Both the position numbers and the translations under genes were made by a program. Below the pieces are notes generated by a model. The model ran no database searches. It was given only the letters and a program-made list of their open reading frames with translations, and was not told where the DNA came from. Below are positions 55,020-64,000 of a DNA stretch of 64,000 bases, piece by piece. Source of the DNA: Candidatus Krumholzibacteriota bacterium (lineage in GTDB: Bacteria; Krumholzibacteriota; Krumholzibacteriia; JAJRXK01); the NCBI GenBank assembly GCA_963727455.1, contig CAVSGG010000009.1, positions 128,001-192,000 on the forward strand, in the 5' to 3' direction. Every line of letters starts with the position of its first letter. The stretch's first letter is position 1.

Positions 55020-55772
55020 TCAGTTCCCTTTGTCTCTCAGGGTGGCGAGGGCGGCCGAAAGTCGCTTCTGCGTTTGCGGCCGGAACCAGAGTCGAATCCA
55101 GGCCTCGTCTTCCAGGTGGGCCGCGGTCATGGCGTCCAGGGTAGGCGCTTTCAGCCGCGACTTGATTTCCGCGAAGGCGGTGAGCGAACTCGTCCAGCGT
55201 TCCACCGAGAGGATCGAGTGATCGATGAGTTGCTTCGATTCCACGAGTACGTCGAGAATCCCCATGTCGAAGGCCTTGAAGGCCGGATACACCATGCCGC
55301 CGTACATCAGCTTCTCCAGCAGAGGTCGATCGAGGGTGTAGCGTCCCATTTCGACCAGGCTGGGCGGCACCGCCAGGCCAAGCGCACTCTCGTTCAGCCC
55401 GAACTTGCCCTCCCCCTGGGCCATCAAGCGCAGGTCGCAGGCCAGAGCCAAGAGCGCGCCCCCGGCGATCGCATGTCCGTTGATGGCCGCGATGACGGGG
55501 CGGGGAAAGGCAAAGAGCTGCCGGCAAACTCCATAGAGCTGATGCAAGAGCCGGCGGATCGCCACCCTGTCCAATTTCATCATCTGCTCCAGGTCGAGAC
55601 CGGCGCAGAAGATGGAATCGGTGCCGGTGAGGACCAGACCGCGCGGCAGATCGCGCTGGGCGGCGTCGAGTTGTTCTTGGATCGCGGCGAGAAACTGCAA
55701 AGAAAGTGCGTTCCCGTGACCGCGCTCCATGCGGAGGATGCTGACCCCATCCCGTGTTTCGCAGGAAATCAT
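55020..55772 (-). CDS. enoyl-CoA hydratase/isomerase (delta3-delta2 isomerase-like)
   Basis: FCAGLDL, AAINGHAIAGG, FGLNESALG. Confidence 0.88.
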   Translation of the reverse strand: MISCETRDGVSILRMERGHGNALSLQFLAAIQEQLDAAQRDLPRGLVLTGTDSIFCAGLDLEQMMKLDRVAIRRLLHQLYGVCRQLFAFPRPVIAAINGHAIAGGALLALACDLRLMAQGEGKFGLNESALGLAVPPSLVEMGRYTLDRPLLEKLMYGGMVYPAFKAFDMGILDVLVESKQLIDHSILSVERWTSSLTAFAEIKSRLKAPTLDAMTAAHLEDEAWIRLWFRPQTQKRLSAALATLRDKGN

Positions 55773-55835
55773 GTCTCTCCATCCGGGTGTGGCCGCAGAA
55801 CCTCGAAGATCAGCCCGGCGGCCAAGCGTAGAATT

Positions 55836-56627
55836 TCAGGCGAGCTCTCCGGGCTTCTTGCCCTCGCCGCGCATCAGCGCATCCCTCGCCTGCAGAAGCT
55901 TGGCGCGAGTCTTTGGGGAAAACCACTGATCGAGCCAGGACTCGTCGGCCCCCGGGGTGTTGCGGGCCAGACGCTCACCCGCCCGCCGGCGCACACTGGC
56001 CTTGGCGAGCGCGTAGGCCGCCAACGAAGGGGAAGCCAAGCTCCGCGCGCAGGCCACGGCCTCCTCTTCCACTTCCTCCCCGGGCACGACCAGGTCCACG
56101 AGGCCGCGCCGAAGAGCGTCCTGCGGCTCGTAGATGCGTCCTTCGTAGAGCAATTCCTCGACGAGCCGCCGCGGCCAAGAATCGCGCAAAACTTCGATGG
56201 CGATCTCGGGGTACGAGACACCGAGGTGGATGCCGTGAATGCCGAATCGACAGCCCCGGGCGGCCAGGATACGCCGATCGCAACAAAGCGCCAGCAGGGC
56301 CCCGCCCGCGAGGGCATGCCCGGCGATCGCGGCCACCACCGGAGCGGGGTGAAGATAACAGGCCCTGAGCGCCTCCTCAAACGCTCTCATCAGCCGCGCC
56401 ATGCCCGTCCGATCCAGCTCGATGGCGAAATCCAGATCGAGCCCGGTGCAGAACGAGCGGGCTGCGCTCGCCAAGACGATCGGTTTGGGGTCTCCGTCAG
56501 CCCGCCGGAAAGCGGCCGCCAGCGCGCCGAGAGTGTTCTCATCGAGTGCGTTCCCGCGGCCGCGATGGAGCCGCCACAGCCTCACCCCCCCGCGCTCGTG
56601 AACTTGCAGCACCCCGCCTTCCTCCAT
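55836..56627 (-). CDS. enoyl-CoA hydratase/isomerase paralog lacking the catalytic Glu
   Basis: FCTGLDL, AAIAGHALAGG, FGIHGIHLG. Confidence 0.85.
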   Translation of the reverse strand: MEEGGVLQVHERGGVRLWRLHRGRGNALDENTLGALAAAFRRADGDPKPIVLASAARSFCTGLDLDFAIELDRTGMARLMRAFEEALRACYLHPAPVVAAIAGHALAGGALLALCCDRRILAARGCRFGIHGIHLGVSYPEIAIEVLRDSWPRRLVEELLYEGRIYEPQDALRRGLVDLVVPGEEVEEEAVACARSLASPSLAAYALAKASVRRRAGERLARNTPGADESWLDQWFSPKTRAKLLQARDALMRGEGKKPGELA

Positions 56628-56769
56628 CCCCCTCTCTTCGGCGTGTCCGTCGAGCATCCGCGTCGAATCCTTCGGCATGAAACCATTTGCGACTTCGCTG
56701 CGTCCAACCCAGAGAAGCTAGAGCGGGAGAGTTCTTGCTCACCGCCCCCCCTTCCCCGGGAGACTCGGC

Positions 56770-57860
56770 ATGTCCAACCAGAATACCCGCCTCGCAGTGC
56801 TTTCGCTGCTTTTCCTGCTCTGTGCCACCTTCGTGAGCGCCCCCTTCCCGCTCGAGCAGACTTTCAGAAAGAACTGAGCGTGAAGGGAGAGCGACTGGTC
56901 CTGGGCAATCTGATCGGGAAAGTTCAGATCGTCGGCAGCGAAGGCAGTGAATTCAAGATCCATCTCGATGTCCGCGGCGAGGACGCCAGCGAGAAGCTCA
57001 TCCAAGTGAAGAATGAGAAGAACGGAGACGAAGCCCAGGTGCTGGTGCAGTTCCCCACCGACACGGAAAAGGACTATGTCTACCCCGCCCTCGGCGAGCA
57101 TTCGCACACACGCTTCTCCGCCAAGCTGGGATCCAGCGGGCACCATGGCTGGTTCAGCGAGTTGTTCGGCTCTTCGCAGAAAATCGAAGTGCGCGGATCG
57201 GGCAAGGGCCTGAAGCTCTGGGTCGACCTCCGTATCGAAGTCCCGAAGGGTAAGGAGAGCAAGATCTACCTCGGTTGCGGCAGCATCGACGCGAACGATC
57301 TAACGGGATCCCTGAGACTGGACACGCATTCGGGCCCCGTCACGGCGCAGAGGATCCACGGTGATCTGCTCGTCGATACCGGCAGCGGTCACGTCTCGAT
57401 CGCCGAGGTCCAGGGCGAAGTGAAGGTCGATACCGGCAGCGGCAACGTGAAGGCCAGGGACGTGAAAGGTGACCTTCTCGTGGACACCGGAAGCGGATCC
57501 GTCGAGCTCAGTTCCGTCGAAGCGGGGCGGGTGGATGTCGACACGGGCAGCGGCGGAGTGAGCCTGGATAGCATCCGAGCCAGAGACTTGAAGGCCGACA
57601 CCGGCTCGGGAGAGGTGGCCTGCCGCGAGGTACTCTGTGAGAAGCTGCTGGTGGACACCGGCAGCGGCGGAATCGAACTCGTCCTGCCCAAAGAGACCTC
57701 CGCGCGCATCGAGGTGGATACCGGCAGCGGCGGAATCGACATCGATTTCGAGGGAGCCAAAATCGAGAAGCAATCGAAGGACTATGCTCTCTTGACGGTG
57801 GGCGCGGGCAAGGGCCGCTACAGCCTGGACACGGGCAGCGGGGCGATCCGCATCCGCTAA
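56770..57860 (+). CDS. secreted DUF4097 beta-strand repeat protein, frameshifted in a C homopolymer at about 56840
   Basis: eight DTGSG repeats plus DTHSG; adding one C joins the signal peptide MSNQNTRLAVLSLLFLLCATFVSAPLPARA to the main frame. Confidence 0.85.
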
Positions 57861-58867
57861 TCGTCCCGCGGAGAGATCCTCAGAAGCGCGAGCCGTTCGT
57901 GCCGGTCGCTGACGTTCGCGTAGGCCTGGGCCGCCTCCTCGAAGGGGTAGACGCGGCTCACGACCTCGGTGGGATCGAAGAGTTCCGCGGCGAGAATGTT
58001 GAGAACCGGCTCCAGAGGGCCCTGGCGCAGACCGAGCACGCGGATGCTCTTGTCCAGAACCAAAGTCAAAGCGCGCGGCACTCCGTCGTGGCAGGAACTC
58101 ATCATGAAGATGGTGCCGCCTGGGCACACCAAGTGCGTCGCGGCCTTCCAGCCGCCCGACTGTCCCGTGGCCTCGAAGATGAAGGGATAGCTGGCGAGAG
58201 CGGGACCGAAACGGCCGGGACGAACTCCATTCATCTCGTCTTCGTCGGTCGCCAAATTGAAGTGAATGCCATGGCGACGGATGAGGTCGAAGCGATCTCC
58301 GTGCTTGCCGCGCAGCGTGACGGTATATCCTGCCGAAGCGAGAGATAGCGCGACCAGCATCCCGACACCGCCGTCTCCCACCACCAGCACGTTCGTCCAG
58401 CGCGGCAGTTGTCCGCGAGTCAGGGAATCGTAAATGGCAGCGATGAGCGGTGAAAGCACCGCGGCCTCATCCTTCACTCCGCGAGGGACGACCGCAACCG
58501 CTCGACGCGGAAGATGGATGTACTCGGCTTGCCCGCCGGCCGCCCCGAAGAGACCGGGACGCACCCGGTCACGGCAACGTTCGTCGTGACCCAGACGGCA
58601 GGCGTCACACATCCCGCAGCCGTAGATCGAGCGGCCCACGACGCGCGAACCCACCAACGCGCGCCCTTCCTCGGAACGACACTCTTCCACCTTGCCCACG
58701 AAACAGGTCCCGGGGATCCCGGTGTAGGGCCGGCGTCCGGAGGCGACATCGACGTCGAGACCGGTGATCGCGCTCATGAGGACCCTGATCCGCAGACTTC
58801 CCTCGGTGAGTCCCGGCTCGTTCATCTCGGTGAGCGTGAGCTCCCGATCCATCAGAAGACTCTTCAC
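57857..58867 (-). CDS. MDR (Zn-alcohol dehydrogenase-like) protein with degenerate catalytic Zn site
   Basis: structural Zn CGMCDAC...C; VVGDGGVG; SAITGLD and GTCFVG replace GICxxD and GHE. Confidence 0.8.
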   Translation of the reverse strand: MKSLLMDRELTLTEMNEPGLTEGSLRIRVLMSAITGLDVDVASGRRPYTGIPGTCFVGKVEECRSEEGRALVGSRVVGRSIYGCGMCDACRLGHDERCRDRVRPGLFGAAGGQAEYIHLPRRAVAVVPRGVKDEAAVLSPLIAAIYDSLTRGQLPRWTNVLVVGDGGVGMLVALSLASAGYTVTLRGKHGDRFDLIRRHGIHFNLATDEDEMNGVRPGRFGPALASYPFIFEATGQSGGWKAATHLVCPGGTIFMMSSCHDGVPRALTLVLDKSIRVLGLRQGPLEPVLNILAAELFDPTEVVSRVYPFEEAAQAYANVSDRHERLALLRISPRDD

Positions 58868-59940
58868 GCGATCCCTCCTCCCATGGCGTTGCGAACCAGA
58901 ACCTTGAGGGTTCCGCGCGTGTTCGCCTTCTCCAGGGCGGTCATCGCCTCCTGCATGGAATAGCTGCCGGCGACGAGAGGAAGAATGTCCAGTCGCTTGC
59001 GCTGCAGATAGGCCAGACTGTCCTCCAGCCTTCCTCCGTTGACTCCGATCAGATCGATTTCGTTTTCGGTGAGGAAGCGCAAATCGAAGCCCTGATTGGC
59101 TGCGAAGCGGCTCAAGAGAACGATGCGTCCGCGAGGGCGCGTGGCAGCCACGGCCAGATCGAAGCCCGAGGGATGGCCCGAACAGTCATAGACCATTCCG
59201 TAGGATTCGGTGACGAGTTTCGCTCCGGAGACCGGGTCGCCCGCGGTTTCGTCGGCGCCCGCCACTCCGCTGAAGGAGATTCCACTGCGCCACAAAAGCT
59301 CCCGGCGCGACATGTGCCGACCCAGGACGCTCACGGTATGTCCCGCGGCATGGAGAACGAGGGTGGTCAAGAGGCCGAGATTGCCGTCCCCCACCACCAG
59401 AACCCGTTGCGGTGGAGGACCCTCGAGCAGCGAAGAAGCCTCCAGGGCACTGGCCAGAGGGTGTGCGAAGATCGCCTCTTCGTCATCCACTCCCTCGGGC
59501 ACCTCGACCAGGGCGCGCTCCGAGATGGTCACCCATTCCGCCAGAGCACCGTCGGTGAGCCCCATTCCCAGCGCCCGATCCCGCGTGAGTTCGCACAGCC
59601 AGGGTTTGCCGTCGCGGCAGGGTAGGCAGCGCGTGCAACCGGCATTGAGATTGGCGACGACGCGGCGCCCGATCCAGGCCTCTCCGGCCGGTGTCGTGGC
59701 TTCCACGACCTCGCCCACGAATTCGTGACCCAAAATGACGCGCTCGCGCCCCGGAGCGCGAATCCCGCGCACCAGCTGCAAGTCGCTGCTGGCGATCCCG
59801 CAAGCGCGAACCCTGACCAGCACTTCCCCTTCCGCCGCGCGGGGACGGCTCACCGTCGCCAACTGCGGCACCTTGTCGAGTACGAGCGCGCGCATCGTAC
59901 GAAGGCGGGTACTCTTGCTCGAGCGCTGGATCGGGCTCAT
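58864..59940 (-). CDS. MDR (Zn-alcohol dehydrogenase-like) protein lacking the catalytic Cys
   Basis: GIASSD, LGHEFVG, CTRCLPC...C, AHPLA, VVGDGNLG. Confidence 0.82.
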   Translation of the reverse strand: MSPIQRSSKSTRLRTMRALVLDKVPQLATVSRPRAAEGEVLVRVRACGIASSDLQLVRGIRAPGRERVILGHEFVGEVVEATTPAGEAWIGRRVVANLNAGCTRCLPCRDGKPWLCELTRDRALGMGLTDGALAEWVTISERALVEVPEGVDDEEAIFAHPLASALEASSLLEGPPPQRVLVVGDGNLGLLTTLVLHAAGHTVSVLGRHMSRRELLWRSGISFSGVAGADETAGDPVSGAKLVTESYGMVYDCSGHPSGFDLAVAATRPRGRIVLLSRFAANQGFDLRFLTENEIDLIGVNGGRLEDSLAYLQRKRLDILPLVAGSYSMQEAMTALEKANTRGTLKVLVRNAMGGGIA

Positions 59941-60083
59941 GGGAGCTTTCTCCTCGTCCACACGTTTCCCCGATCTGACGGAGGGCATCGCGAGATGCCT
60001 CGGCCGGGATCGACCGCTCCGGTCAGGGGCTGGATTGCCTCATCGCTAAGGCAATCTCCATGCCGTTCCCCGCACAAAACAGC

Positions 60084-61205
60084 TCATTCTCGGCCTTCGC
60101 GTCCACTTTCGCGCCAATCACACAGAACGACGTCGGTATCGTGCGGCCGGGAGTCGATCAGATTCCCGCACCAGACCAGCTGCTTGCCGTCGGCCGAGAA
60201 CATGGGAAATCCGTCGAAACTGCGATTGAAGGTCAAGCGGCGCAGCCCTTTCCCGTCCATCCCGATGAGATAGAGCTCGAAGTTGTAGCCGTACTGTCCG
60301 GGCACCGTCTGGTCGAAATCGTCCCGATTGCTGGCGAAAATGATGCGACGGCCGTCGGGATGCGGGAAGGGAGCCCAGTTCGTCGCGCCCTCGTCCCCGG
60401 AATGGGTGATGCGACGGAGCTTCCCCCCATCGGCGTCCATCAGGTACAGATCGAGCTTGCTGGGGCGGATCAGGCCCTCGCGCAAGAGCTTCTGGTAATC
60501 CTGTAGCTCCTCCCCCTCCGGATGCCGCGCGCGAAACACGATGTGCTGGCTGTCGGCGGTGTAGAAGGCGCCCCCGTCGTAGCCCGGGGTGGCCGTCAAG
60601 CGCCGCACTGCGCTTCCGTCGGGGTTCATGTCGTAGAGATCGAGGTCGCCATCTCGCATGCTCGTGAACAGGATCTTCTTCCCGTCGGGTCGATACACCG
60701 CCTCCGCGTCATAGCCCGGACTGTCCGTGAGTCGCTCGCGCGCGCCCCCCGCGGCGGGGATGCGAAAAATCTCGTAGGCGGCATAGACGGGCCAGGTATA
60801 GCCATGCTCCATCGAGGGCCGGGGCGGACACTCCTTGCTGCTGAGTACCGTGCTGGCGTATACGATCCATTTCATGTCCGGCGAGTAGAACGAGCAAGTG
60901 CAACGACCCTCGCCCGAGGAGACCATCCTGACCCCGGTTCCGTCGTCGTTCATGCTGTAGATCGCGTCGCAAGCGCGTCCGTCGCGGCTGGACTGGAAGA
61001 TCAGCTTCTTTCCATCGGGAGAGAAGTAGGCCTCAGCATTGTCCCATGTCGAGTAGGGGCCGGGATTCTGCGTGAGCAAACGAACCCGCTTCATCGAGGA
61101 GTCGTAGCGGGCGGGCTCTTGCGACCACGCGCGCGCCGTGCAGAGCAAACTGAGTCCCAAGAGCGGAAGAGCACGACGGAGAGTGCGCGAAGCGAAAAAT
61201 TTCAT
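60084..61205 (-). CDS. TolB-like PD40 beta-propeller protein
   Basis: signal peptide; repeats NAEAYFSPDGKKLIFQS, GYDAEA, GYDGGAF, NWAPF, FDGFPMFS. Confidence 0.88.
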   Translation of the reverse strand: MKFFASRTLRRALPLLGLSLLCTARAWSQEPARYDSSMKRVRLLTQNPGPYSTWDNAEAYFSPDGKKLIFQSSRDGRACDAIYSMNDDGTGVRMVSSGEGRCTCSFYSPDMKWIVYASTVLSSKECPPRPSMEHGYTWPVYAAYEIFRIPAAGGARERLTDSPGYDAEAVYRPDGKKILFTSMRDGDLDLYDMNPDGSAVRRLTATPGYDGGAFYTADSQHIVFRARHPEGEELQDYQKLLREGLIRPSKLDLYLMDADGGKLRRITHSGDEGATNWAPFPHPDGRRIIFASNRDDFDQTVPGQYGYNFELYLIGMDGKGLRRLTFNRSFDGFPMFSADGKQLVWCGNLIDSRPHDTDVVLCDWRESGREGRE

Positions 61206-61291
61206 TGCGATCCACCTCAGCGGCTGAGCGTTGAGCGGCAAGCCTAACCTCCACCGCTGCTTGGAGCAAGAACCAGGGTCAGGGTGGGGAC

Positions 61292-63376
61292 TCAACCGCT
61301 GCTACGCGTGCCTCCGAGTTGCGCTGCCATGCTGTCGGGATCCGAGGTAGGGCGCTGGCAAGAGAAGGCGCGGCAGACGTAGGCGGTGGCGCCGTCCAGA
61401 GCGCTCTTCGCCACCAGGGGCGGCATCAGCTCCTCGCTCTTTCGCTCGCCCGAGGCATGTGAGACGAAGAGGTGCGGGTGATAGCTGGCGCGGGCGCGAT
61501 GCAGGAGTGGTACAACTTCTTCTCGGCTCCCGGACAGGACCAGCTCCGTACGCTCGGCCAGATAGGCCTCCAGCGCGAGCACCATCGAAGCCATCGCCGC
61601 CGGATGAGTGGAAAGGGTTCCCCAGAAGGCCCTGAGAATGCGCTCGAGCTGCCGTGCGTACTCGTCCTCGCCGCTGAGTTCGAAAAGGGTGAGCATGTTG
61701 GCCGCGGCCACGCTGTTGCCGGTCGGCGTAGCTCCGTCGTAACCGGTTTTGACGCGCACCAGCAGTTCATCCTTCCCCTTCTTGGCGGTGAAGAGCGCGC
61801 CATCTTCCTCCGCGGCGAAATCGCGCATCATGGCGGAGTGCAGTTTCTTGGCCGCGGCGAAGAAACGGGGCTCCAAACTGTCCTGGTAGAGCTCGAGCAA
61901 TCCGAGGACGAGCATCGCGTAGTCTTCACAGTAGGCGTCGATGCCAGCTTGTCCGTTCCGCCAGCGCCTCCGCAGGCTTCCCTCGACGACCATCTCGCGC
62001 AGCAGAAAATCGGCGGCCGCGGTGGCTGCGCTCACATAACGCTCTTCGTGAAGCACTACTCCCGCGCGCGCCAGAGCGCGAATCATGAGCCCGTTCCAGC
62101 CGCACAAAACCTTGTCATCCCGCGCGGGACGGATGCGTTGCTCGCGCAAGGAGAACAGGATTCGCCGACCCTCCTTCAGCGCCTCCTTCACCGTCGGCAG
62201 CGGGATCGACAGCTCGTCGGCCACTTGCGAGTCGCTTGCGGCGCGGTACAGGACGTTGGCGCCCTCCCAGTTGCCGGCTTCGGATATCCCGTAGGCCAGG
62301 CGGAAGACATCGAAGAGCTCGGAGGGCAGGGCCTCCTCGATTTCGCTGCTCTTCCAGACGTAGAACTTGCCTTCCTCGCCCTCGCTGTCCGCGTCTTCCG
62401 CACAGTAGAATCCGCCGAGGGGATCGCGCATGTCGCGTAGAACGTAGTCGAGAGTCTCCGCTGCGACTTCCGCCAAGCGTCTTTCGCCGGTCGAGCTGAT
62501 AGGCCTCCAGATAGTGGAGCACGAGCTGTGCGTTGTCGTAGAGCATCTTCTCGAAGTGCGGTACCAGCCAGTTTCCGTCGGTGCTGTAACGCGCGAATCC
62601 GCCGCCCAGGTGGTCGTAGATGCCGCCGTCGGCCATGTGCCGCAGCGTCTTCAGCGCCATCGTCAGAGCCTCCGCGTTCCCTTCGTCGCGGTAGCGGCGC
62701 AAGCAGCAACGAACCGAGATCCGAACGCGGAAACTTGGGTGCGCTGCCCGAATCCACCGACTCAGGCCGAGTCGAAGGAAGCCTCGATGTGTTCGTGGAG
62801 CCTGGCACGGGCCCGGCGTCGAGTTGCCCTCCGCTCGTCGCTGCGCACCGCTAGCTGGCCCAGAGTAGCCGAGAGCTGCTCGGCGGCCGCGGACAGGCGC
62901 TCGGGCTGCGTTTCCACATCTGTGCAAGTGCGTGAGAACCTGCGGGAATCCGGGTCGGCCGAAGCGCTCCTCGGGCGGGAAATAGGTGCCGCCGAAGAAG
63001 GGCTTCAGATCGGGCGTGAGAAAGACGGACATCGGCCAGCCACCCTGGCCCGTCATGGCCTGGACCGCGGCCATGTAGATCTTCATCCAGCTCAGGGCGT
63101 TCTTCGCGATCGACTTTGATGCACACGAAGTACTCGTTCATGAGCGCGGCGATGGCTTCGTTCTCGAAAGACTCGCGCTCCATCACGTGGCACCAGTGGC
63201 AAGCGGAATAGCCGATGGAGAGGAAGATCGGGTTTGTTCTCCTCGCGCGACGCGCGCAAGAGCCGTCTCATTCCACGGGTACCAGTCCACCGGATTGTGT
63301 GCATGTTGCAAGAGGTAGGGGCTTGTTCGTGAATCAGATGGTTGGTATGACGCTGCTGCGTGCCGTTCTCTCGCAT
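61292..63376 (-). pseudogene. yyaL: thioredoxin-domain protein YyaL/SPATA20 (DUF255), multiply frameshifted; likely sequencing error
   Basis: fragments in different frames: [41 protein letters not shown]...GGTYFPP, PHFEKMLYDNA, DADSEGEEG, DDKVL..WNGL. Confidence 0.85.
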
Positions 63377-63732
63377 GAGATCTCCTGGACTTCGCTGGCT
63401 CGGGCTTGGATCGTCCTCCCTGCGCCCCATGAAGGCGCAAAACAGAGTGTCGAGGAGGAAGGGGGAGGCAGGGAGTGATCGTGTGCTTCCCCGTGAGGGA
63501 GAGTTGTGCAGAGGATAAGCAGAGTGACGCTCTCGCGCCCCCTCCCTGCTGCGGCAGGGCGAGTCCAAGGCGGGAAGATCGCGCTGCAAACCGGCGCAGC
63601 AAACACTTCGAAGACCCACTGATCCGCTCTGAACCCTTCTGACGCCCCATCCGGCCAAACCCAAATTCTCGCGCACATTCCTTGCTGCCGTCGCGTCCAT
63701 CAGGAGAAGCGCTTGCGCCGAGCAGCGCCAGC

Positions 63733-64000
63733 GGTCTCGCACTCACCCCCTCCGTCGTGGCGGGTGGGGTGCGGGGCCCTCGATCCGGAGGTTTCGGCGA
63801 ACGGCCTGAGCATACGCCCCTGAGAACTGGGGTGAAACTCGGCTGGTACCTCCTTGATTCCCAACGGGGGCGACGCTCTTTGCGCCTATCGCCGCCGTCG
63901 GCCCGGGGGCCCCGAACATTTCTCCCGAGCGTCCGCGAGATGCCGTGACTCGCGGGTGCCTAAGCTGCGGCCCAACCCACCTCCCGGGGTTGGGCCGCGC
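63733..64000 (+). ncRNA. candidate structured non-coding RNA or leader (family unidentified, truncated by the window end)
   Basis: nested helices CGGGGCCC/GGGCCCCG, CGCCCC/GGGGCG, GAGC/GCTC, CCGCGAG/CTCGCGG, GCGGCCCAACC/GGTTGGGCCGC; no convincing ORF. Confidence 0.35.

Noticed and set aside
55074-56769. N-terminal two-thirds of the 928-aa plus-strand ORF
   Set aside because: Antisense shadow of the two crotonase genes; the real gene starts at 56770
57320-57845. Regularly spaced GAYACCGGCAGCGG repeats resembling a CRISPR array
   Set aside because: They are in-frame DTGSG codon repeats of the DUF4097 protein with synonymous variation; no cas genes are present
63724-63800. AGCGCC followed by a long stem, as in the glmS ribozyme
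   Set aside because: The core GACGAGG and downstream conserved elements are absent
63820-63842. CTGAGA...GAAAC resembling a hammerhead core or TPP riboswitch
   Set aside because: CUGANGA spacing and stem II are not satisfied; the TPP CUGAU...GCGNAGG elements are absent
1-64000. Prophage, transposon, integron, defence island, rRNA or tRNA
   Set aside because: No integrase, transposase, reverse transcriptase, phage structural gene or cloverleaf was recognised; the helicase-nuclease looks like housekeeping AddA

Overview
GC-rich bacterial chromosomal window with about 48 genes, mostly housekeeping and envelope functions. I found no rRNA, tRNA, CRISPR array or mobile element. A FlgD-Ig/T9SS-like C-terminal domain and a short C-terminal SFGxLK motif suggest an FCB-superphylum candidate lineage such as Krumholzibacteriota, Latescibacterota or Eisenbacteria (inference). 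Contents from left to right: an AddA/UvrD helicase-nuclease; a divergent transketolase; a complete 7-gene reductive pyrimidine catabolism operon; a secreted multicopper oxidase; methyltransferases, an M23 peptidase, a ferredoxin, speD and a DAACS transporter; a signalling-rich block at 22.9-36.9 kb; envelope glycosylation genes with a beta-barrel OMP, queF, NlpC/P60, Rrf2 and pckA; serA with a class-V aminotransferase; tandem crotonase and tandem MDR paralogs; DUF4097, TolB-like and yyaL genes; and a structured non-coding tail. The best candidate for an undescribed system is a minus-strand module at 25.3-34.1 kb. It comprises a GT2/TM/Trp-repeat fusion, an SBP5-like lipoprotein, an NtrY-like kinase and a sigma54 activator. 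It ends in a readable sigma54 promoter (two GTGTC-N6-GACAC sites, an IHF-like site and a -24/-12 box) in front of a periplasmic TPR gene. Several apparent pseudo-enzymes also occur: a His-less LytS kinase, a degenerate RsbW-like ATPase, two MDRs missing catalytic-Zn ligands and a Glu-less crotonase. Single-base frameshifts at about 22.2, 31.8 and 56.8 kb, and many at 62.5-63.3 kb, look like long-read consensus errors, so residue-level claims need read validation. All calls are by-eye motif recognition; no database search was run.
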